Positions 58,425-64,000 of a DNA stretch of 64,000 bases are shown piece after piece. Within the stretch, counting starts at the first letter, position 1, and every line of letters starts with the position of its first letter. The stretch is from a virus. The notes under the pieces are model-generated. The model made no database searches, was not told the origin of the DNA, and saw nothing but the letters and a program-made list of their open reading frames with translations. The stretch covers positions 33,309-97,308 of the IMG/VR virus record IMGVR_UViG_3300000651_000003; one strand, given 5' to 3'. Made by a program: the position numbers and the translations under genes.

Positions 58425-58638
58425 TGACGACATTACTCCTTTGGAATTAGAACTGGAACCACAGCATGTTCCGAAAATGGAGTTGACTGTAAAGCTGTAC
58501 CCCTTTAGTAAATATATGAAGGTGCCAGACAGCGAACTACTCGGGATGACTGCTCATGGGTTTCAGGTTACTGCTGTCAACGATATTGTAGGGGTACATG
58601 GGTTAGAGAGTAGAACGATCATATTGAGGCAACTATGA
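58405..58638 (+). CDS. hypothetical protein starting MEALSLDDDITPLELE
   Basis: ORF track; AAGGA RBS; two copies of the peptide motif. Confidence 0.55.
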   Translation: MEALSLDDDITPLELELEPQHVPKMELTVKLYPFSKYMKVPDSELLGMTAHGFQVTAVNDIVGVHGLESRTIILRQL

Positions 58639-58916
58639 ACATAGCACTTGCACTCGACATATTTACCGTAGGTTGGATTCTCTTCGTCATTTGGTTTGTT
58701 GTCGAGGAGACTCTGGCTATCGTGAGCAAGACTCCCCATACCAACACTCTGTCGGCCCATCTCTGGGTTTGGTTTTCAATGCAAGGTAAGGGTAGATTCT
58801 GGTTATTGCGCCGGCTCTTTATGATCCTCACCTTGGTCTGGCTATTTGTGCATTTGACTTTGCACTGGTCAAGAGTATTTGGTTGGTTTCACTCGTCTTT
58901 CTGGAACAAATACTGA
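58635..58916 (+). CDS. small two-TM membrane protein
   Basis: Two hydrophobic helices; E..A...TLS..W pattern. Confidence 0.6.
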   Translation: MNIALALDIFTVGWILFVIWFVVEETLAIVSKTPHTNTLSAHLWVWFSMQGKGRFWLLRRLFMILTLVWLFVHLTLHWSRVFGWFHSSFWNKY

Positions 58917-59143
58917 TGGACCAGCCGGCTGTTTACATTTGCATCGAGTACGATCGCTTCAGTCGCAAGACTGGTAAGACTTGGATGGTGCTGGCTTTGG
59001 AAGACGACAAGTGGAATCCGGGAGATCTCATCAAGATCAATGGAAAGGATTACATACTATCGAATAGAACGGTTGACAGAAAGAAAGTTGTGCATTACAG
59101 AATGTACGTCGCGGAAGAAATAACAGCGTTACCTTTGGATTAA
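58916..59143 (+). CDS. hypothetical protein
   Basis: TGATG overlap; ends EEITALPLD. Confidence 0.55.
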   Translation: MDQPAVYICIEYDRFSRKTGKTWMVLALEDDKWNPGDLIKINGKDYILSNRTVDRKKVVHYRMYVAEEITALPLD

Positions 59144-59192
59144 ATACTCGGGTGTGGCTACCCGGCAATAAACAAAGAATGCGATCCCCTAG

Positions 59193-59303
59193 TTCTCAAG
59201 TAAATCGAAGTCGAGGCGTCTAAGCTGGGCCGACCCGTGCGCATTCGCGGGTTAGCCATCGGTGTCAGCTGATGCCGCCTCGACTTGGAGGTATTTGAGA
59301 ATG
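59193..59303 (+). promoter_or_regulatory. branched RNA structure enclosing RBS and start codon
   Basis: TTCTCAAGTA/TATTTGAGAA and AAGTCGAGGCG/CGCCTCGACTT stems flank GGAGG and reach ATG 59301. Confidence 0.55.
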
Positions 59304-59648
59304 AGTCAGGAAGAAGATAGAAAATTGGTTAAGTCAGCGAAAGACAAGTTGTCGTTTGCTGAGGTGTCTGCGCTGCAGGAGGATGGTCATTGTTGTATAG
59401 AATGTAATGGACAGCACCGGGGCAGCGTCGGAAGTGCTGGGCATGCTCACCGAGGAGTTGAGGGAGTTGGGTTTGTGAGATTGCTAGTAATTGGTCTTCG
59501 GCCGGGGATCCCTCAAGACTACTCGAGGCCGGAACATTGCTGGCGTTGTGGCTGCGTAAAGAGTGGGGCCGTCAATGCGAAGAACAATGTCTGGCCGTAT
59601 TGCACTGACAATGACTGCGTCTGCCATGTAGCAGAAAGGACATACTGA
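59301..59648 (+). CDS. Cys-rich hypothetical protein
   Basis: GGAGG RBS; CIEC, CWRC, C...C.CH. Confidence 0.5.
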   Translation: MSQEEDRKLVKSAKDKLSFAEVSALQEDGHCCIECNGQHRGSVGSAGHAHRGVEGVGFVRLLVIGLRPGIPQDYSRPEHCWRCGCVKSGAVNAKNNVWPYCTDNDCVCHVAERTY

Positions 59649-60034
59649 TGGGTGATCCAATCTCGGAGTACCCGATGGTGAGTTGTAAGATTTGTGGTGA
59701 CCGGGAGCAAGCCTACTACACCGACGATATCAGGAATCGCATGGTATCGAGGCAGCTATGCTTCACTTGTCTATTCTGGACTGAGCATATAGAAAACCAC
59801 GACGACCAAACTGTAGTCATAGTCAAAGGAGTCAGATACCACATGGCTCCTGAGGATGACAAGCCGGGTAGAGGGGTGGGTAGAGGTTTTGGTGGGTCTC
59901 GTTTCGTCATCAGATTCTTCGACGGGCGAGAAGTTGTTTCCACCAACTTGTGGTGTCAGGGTGGCATTCCAGAAAGATTCAAGAGCCAGTTGCCAGACAA
60001 TGCAGAGTTTGTTTCCAACAAGAAAAGGAGCTGA
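59648..60034 (+). CDS. conserved phage hypothetical protein
   Basis: GFGG..F.I.F.DG...TNLW.QG.IP...LPDNA.F. Confidence 0.65.
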   Translation: MGDPISEYPMVSCKICGDREQAYYTDDIRNRMVSRQLCFTCLFWTEHIENHDDQTVVIVKGVRYHMAPEDDKPGRGVGRGFGGSRFVIRFFDGREVVSTNLWCQGGIPERFKSQLPDNAEFVSNKKRS

Positions 60035-60214
60035 AAATGCTTAGTGAACAAGAGAGAAGGTTAATAGTTGACTATGAAGTGGTAAGAGGTTGGATGTGGT
60101 GGGTAGCCTGTTCATTCTGGTTGCCAGATTGGGCCAAGGAGAAGATGGCCAATCGAGCTGCCAAGCGGGCAAGGCTGGGAATTGCCCGACTAGAATCAGT
60201 GGAGAGAAAAATCA

Positions 60215-60451
60215 ATGGGCAAATACGGAGAAGTTCGAACTCTTTACGCATACAACCGTGACTATGTACCGGATGTGGTCGCCTGCGTCAGGAGAATAAT
60301 GCGCGAGTATAGAAAGCCTATGTCTTGCCGGCAAATCGCTGAGGAGTTGGAAAAGATGGGAGTGTCTACATATAACAGCGAGCAAGCGGTATCATGCATC
60401 CTTCAGCGAATGATTAGACGTGGTGAAGTCAGAAGGGTAAAAAGAAGATGA
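60215..60451 (+). CDS. putative winged-helix protein
   Basis: MSCRQIAEEL...VSCILQRM..RG.V. Confidence 0.5.
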   Translation: MGKYGEVRTLYAYNRDYVPDVVACVRRIMREYRKPMSCRQIAEELEKMGVSTYNSEQAVSCILQRMIRRGEVRRVKRR

Positions 60452-60526
60452 GCGACGACCTAGTTAAGTCATTCCTGCAAGGTCTCTACTCAGGGACTCG
60501 TTAGAGTTAGAGATGGAGTATCGAAG

Positions 60527-60802
60527 ATGAGCAGGATGCAGTTACCCAGTATTTGGCTGCTGGGCTTTTTAATAAGGCATGGTATGTATTGGCCGTTGTC
60601 GGCCTTACCACCGGATGCACCAACTGGACTCACCATGTCAACCATGAGGGGATTGGAAAAGCGCGGTTACGCAAAAGAGACTGAGAATCATTGCTGGCAG
60701 GTAACGGAGAAAGGCCGAGAAGCATTCAAGTCAATGCCCAAGTTGAAATCAGTTATGAGTAAGCATGGAATTGTTTCACTGGTAATTGAGAATGATAGGT
60801 AA
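60527..60802 (+). CDS. putative winged-helix protein
   Basis: TMRGLEKRGY...W.VTEKGREA. Confidence 0.5.
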   Translation: MSRMQLPSIWLLGFLIRHGMYWPLSALPPDAPTGLTMSTMRGLEKRGYAKETENHCWQVTEKGREAFKSMPKLKSVMSKHGIVSLVIENDR

Positions 60803-62168
60803 GGTCGAAAAATATACGCAGGAGCAGCTTGAAGAGGAAGAAGCTTATAAGGCTCGTCCTCAATGGTTCAAGTTCTTCTACGGCGCTTGGCTGCTGAGCA
60901 CCAGCACATTGGATGATGACCAGAGAGGCTGGTACATGCAGCTACTATGCTATGCAGCCTCGGAAGGCGACCCACCGGGATACTTGGTAGATGACGAGGA
61001 CGAGTTAAAGGAGATTGCCGGCTTCAAGGAGTTGGATTCAGCGGTGCTATTTTTACTCGGCAAGGGAGTACACTTACCGGGTGACGTCTTGAATGACTGC
61101 ATTGATGCAAGACAAAGAAAGTGGAATAAGGTCATGAAGAAGTTCCGTCACAGCGAGAAGCATGGCGGGATGCTATATAATAAGCGTTTGCAGGCGGCCT
61201 TGGCTGAAGCCTATCAACTCAGGCGTAACGCAATTTTAGGTGGGAAAAAATTGCAAGAGGAGATACGAAACAAGCGCCAAAGTGTTGAAAATAAACTTAC
61301 TAGCGGCTCCAATGCGGACGCGGAACCGGAGCCATCATTAAAGAAGAACGAAAGCGGAGAGGTCGTAAATGCTAGAGAAGATTCTTCGTTAGAGGTAAAT
61401 GTTGACAATAAACTTGTTAGCAGCGGGCGCTCAGCAGGACCTAAGCAGGTGCTAAGCTCCCGCTCAGCTGGTGCTCAACGGGTGCTGAGCCATTATATTT
61501 CTGATCTCTCTTCTCTTGTTTTAGAGACTAACGAATATAGTAACTTCCAAGAAACGAATACCGAGAGTAAGGTGGGAAGGAATGATACGAAAACCCTAGA
61601 GGTTAGTGGGGACGAGGAGTCGGGTGAAGAGTTGACTGCTTTGGAGTTGGAACCTGAAACTGGTAAACGAGATGTTGGAAAATCTGTGACAGGCGAGATG
61701 AGAACTACTGTAACGGGGTTGAGAGTGGAGAAAACCCGGTCTCGACGTGATTGGCTGCCGGCAAACTTTTCGCTGGCTCCAGCACAGCGTGTCAAGCTTG
61801 TCACACTCATCACAGCAGAACTTAGATGCTCGAACGAAGAAGCTGAGCTGAAGAATCAAATCTGGTTCGATGAGTTCACTGAATACTGGTCGGCGCAAGC
61901 TGAAGTCGACAAAGAGTCAGGACGCACCGGTGCGCAGAAGGCAAACTGGTACCTGACCTATCGCAATCGAGTTGAAGAACGATGCTATCGCGAGAAGCAG
62001 AGGAGGGCAGGAAGAAATGTTCAGTCGAAACAAAAACCGTGGGAGTCTACCGCCGAACGCAATGCAAGGCTGGAGCGAGAAGCGCAAGAGTATACCGAAC
62101 AGCTACAAAGCGGTGGTGAGCGACATCATACAAACGATTCGACGATTGAGCCTCTTGAACCCAGTTGA
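60792..62168 (+). CDS. replication initiator (DUF1376/YdaU-like N-terminus)
   Basis: WFKFF..AWL..T..L....RG.Y..LL; C-terminal F.EYW...ANW..TY.N; internal iterons. Confidence 0.75.
   Translation: MIGKVEKYTQEQLEEEEAYKARPQWFKFFYGAWLLSTSTLDDDQRGWYMQLLCYAASEGDPPGYLVDDEDELKEIAGFKELDSAVLFLLGKGVHLPGDVLNDCIDARQRKWNKVMKKFRHSEKHGGMLYNKRLQAALAEAYQLRRNAILGGKKLQEEIRNKRQSVENKLTSGSNADAEPEPSLKKNESGEVVNAREDSSLEVNVDNKLVSSGRSAGPKQVLSSRSAGAQRVLSHYISDLSSLVLETNEYSNFQETNTESKVGRNDTKTLEVSGDEESGEELTALELEPETGKRDVGKSVTGEMRTTVTGLRVEKTRSRRDWLPANFSLAPAQRVKLVTLITAELRCSNEEAELKNQIWFDEFTEYWSAQAEVDKESGRTGAQKANWYLTYRNRVEERCYREKQRRAGRNVQSKQKPWESTAERNARLEREAQEYTEQLQSGGERHHTNDSTIEPLEPS
61428..61493 (+). repeat. six 11-bp iteron-like repeats (putative origin)
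   Basis: CGCTCAGCAGG ACCTAAGCAGG TGCTAAGCTCC CGCTCAGCTGG TGCTCAACGGG TGCTGAGCCAT followed by AT/pyrimidine-rich tract. Confidence 0.7.
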
Positions 62169-62451
62169 GGTGAAACAGCTCGACGGCGAAGTTAGCGACT
62201 GGTGTGAAATGTTGTACGGACACATCCCGGAGAACCAACTGCTGCCAGCTTTCGATGTAGCGATCCACACCGCACCCGGTGCCGGCAAGCAAGTGCGAGT
62301 CAGAGCATTCGAGCTCCTCGACGCATATCGCATTATCGCGGCTAGAAGTAATGCAGGTCCGTTGCTGCTCAACGTGCGCCCCTGTAGCTACTGCAAGATG
62401 TTTGAAAGTGACCCCACCGAGTTCCCGCCGTGCCCGTTCCACACAAAATGA
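62116..62451 (+). CDS. putative helicase loader/P-like protein
   Basis: Overlaps end of initiator gene; W..ML...IP...L..A pattern. Confidence 0.4.
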   Translation: MSDIIQTIRRLSLLNPVEVKQLDGEVSDWCEMLYGHIPENQLLPAFDVAIHTAPGAGKQVRVRAFELLDAYRIIAARSNAGPLLLNVRPCSYCKMFESDPTEFPPCPFHTK

Positions 62452-62615
62452 CCAACTGCCCATTTGGGCGTTATTTGGCTTGTTGGGCCTGAGTAAGGGG
62501 TAACCTAGGCCATCATAAGGGTTGCTGCATACAGACGGCTGGAAGGAGCTTTAACGCGCAGCAATTTGGGCATATTTGGGCTGGGTAGGCTGGCAGGCGG
62601 GCAAACTGGCCGACT

Positions 62616-62888
62616 CTAAAGACTAAGCGGCCCCAACGGCTCTTCATCTCCGGGCTGAGCATGGACGGCCTTCAGCTCCGTCTTCAGCCAATCAAGACTG
62701 TACTTCACAAGCTCATCGTATCGCATAGCTCCCCAGAGCGTGAGGTCTTGCGGATTCATTATCGCAAGCAGGGCATGCAATTGCTGAGTCATCGCATTGC
62801 GATAAGCTCGCTCGGTCTGCTGGCCCCGGGTGCTAAGCGGAGCCGGCCGATCCGCTGACACTAAATCTTTCAGTCGTGTATTACTCAT
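62616..62888 (-). CDS. hypothetical protein
   Basis: ATGA overlap; ends DEEPLGPLSL. Confidence 0.5.
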   Translation of the reverse strand: MSNTRLKDLVSADRPAPLSTRGQQTERAYRNAMTQQLHALLAIMNPQDLTLWGAMRYDELVKYSLDWLKTELKAVHAQPGDEEPLGPLSL

Positions 62889-63082
62889 GGCCTGAACCTC
62901 GAGTGGCAGACGCAGCCACACTTCATCGCTGTACAGTTGCTGTGATAGCCTTTGCCTTCTTCAGCCTTGCGGCAGGTAGCCGACATCGTAGTAAATCCTC
63001 GAGGAGTAGCAACATCTTTCATCCCTACTCTGTCCGAGGAGCCTCGTCTTGGTTTACCAGCACACATCTCAGCAAAGGACAT
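62885..63082 (-). CDS. small Cys-rich protein
   Basis: C...H..C...C.C.CH. Confidence 0.4.
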   Translation of the reverse strand: MSFAEMCAGKPRRGSSDRVGMKDVATPRGFTTMSATCRKAEEGKGYHSNCTAMKCGCVCHSRFRP

Positions 63083-63110
63083 GTTAGCTCGTCGTAGGCG
63101 GTCACTGTTT

Positions 63111-63371
63111 CTAGTCAAGGGAAAGTGCCTCCATTGGTTCGTCTTCTGTAGCGGAAAAAACTCCTTCTTTGTGAGTAGCAAGGTAATGCATTTCATTGCA
63201 GTAGCCAGTATAGTGGTCGTCGTCTGGGTGCTCAACGACCCAGTACGAATCATCACACCTGACCCCTCTATACTCATCACTATACTTGGGAGCCACGATC
63301 GCCTTGCAGAAAGGACATACGGCTTCTTGGCGCTCCTTGGGCGGTTCCCAGTCTTCGTCGAGAAAATCCAT
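63111..63371 (-). CDS. small zinc-binding protein ending DEPMEALSLD
   Basis: CPFC...H...C; peptide motif at C-terminus. Confidence 0.5.
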   Translation of the reverse strand: MDFLDEDWEPPKERQEAVCPFCKAIVAPKYSDEYRGVRCDDSYWVVEHPDDDHYTGYCNEMHYLATHKEGVFSATEDEPMEALSLD

Positions 63372-63528
63372 GGCTATATATTGACATGCTAGGAAACATG
63401 CGGTCCGAGCCGTTGCGCCCATGATGGGTTACATTCCCAGCAAAACCAAATCACAGACTTATCTTCCTTGGTGTAAGTAACCCGGGCCAGCCTATGGTGA
63501 TGCCAGAAGCAGTGAAAGAACAATCTAA

Positions 63529-64000
63529 TCATGGCGTGCAATACCCATTCGATTGTAGTCGCTCAACCCACTCATCATTCGGCAGCAATGCTAGGTTATA
63601 GATCGGTATGTTGTATTGAGGTAGCATAGCGATCTTCAACGCTGTCGCAGTACCACCTACCACCTTACCCTTCGGAGTCCAGCATACAATCATCTTCGCT
63701 GGAGTCTTCAAGTCATAACCGAGGACCTGATATGAGTTGCGACCATGTAGCAGCTGCGCTGCTCTGTTCTGCCACTTGATGTGAGGGCTGACCGAGATAG
63801 CTAGCTCGATGGCTTCCGGACTGACCTTGTAGTAGTTACCGCTTACATCATTGAAGCGCTGCCATGGTAGATAGACTTCTAGTAGATGAAAAGGAATGCT
63901 TCTATCGACGACAGAGAAGTGGCCCAGCATGAACGCAGTATCAGGCCCGTCAGCTCCACCGGTGCGCAACGTCCAACCACGTCGATATAACGCTGCTGCG
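63529..64000 (-). CDS. SLOG/DprA-like phage protein (5' truncated)
   Basis: GWTLRTGGADG.D.AF, RN.YQVLG.DL.TP, GGTATA, IP.YNL; frame open to window edge. Confidence 0.7.
   Translation of the reverse strand, partial: AAALYRRGWTLRTGGADGPDTAFMLGHFSVVDRSIPFHLLEVYLPWQRFNDVSGNYYKVSPEAIELAISVSPHIKWQNRAAQLLHGRNSYQVLGYDLKTPAKMIVCWTPKGKVVGGTATALKIAMLPQYNIPIYNLALLPNDEWVERLQSNGYCTP

Noticed and set aside
1-64000. Stop-codon reassignment
   Set aside because: Standard code gives dense, intact, abutting genes ending in TAA, TAG and TGA
1-64000. Integrase, att sites, endolysin/holin, host genes
   Set aside because: None recognisable; lifestyle and prophage status cannot be decided from this window

Overview
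A 64-kb internal segment of a tailed dsDNA phage (siphovirus-type; no integrase, terminase, portal or lysis genes inside the window). 1-28.6 kb (+): capsid C-terminus, head-tail joining genes, tail tube, tail chaperone with a -1 slippery site, SLT-bearing tape measure, an RcGTA-type tail tip (DUF2460, DUF2163/BR0599, NlpC/P60, large tip protein), fibres, a ~750-nt highly structured non-coding RNA candidate, a PT-rich lipoprotein, and a 14-aa-repeat fibre with its adaptor. 28.6-39.8 kb (-): DnaB, many small genes and a Ycf46-like AAA+/DUF1257/DUF2997 cluster whose ATPase has its Walker B segment placed before Walker A. 39.9-62.4 kb (+): HTH regulator, YqaJ exonuclease and putative annealase, phage beta-clamp, family A DNA polymerase, a 7-deazaguanine DNA-modification cluster (queD, queE, folE, ParB-like, queC, yhhQ-like) with THREE dpdA-like transglycosylase paralogs and an embedded amino-methyltransferase, macrodomain, HNH, and a DUF1376-type initiator containing 11-bp iterons. 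Most notable observations: (i) a short linear peptide motif, acidic-x-[ET]-[AP]-L-[SEAP]-[LI]-[DE] (e.g. EALSLD), at the termini or acidic linkers of about ten unrelated proteins; (ii) the triple-DpdA cluster; (iii) the large ncRNA candidate; (iv) the permuted AAA+; (v) near absence of CCWGG. All family assignments are by motif recognition from memory, not database searches. A Blastocatellia (Acidobacteriota) host is a tentative inference.
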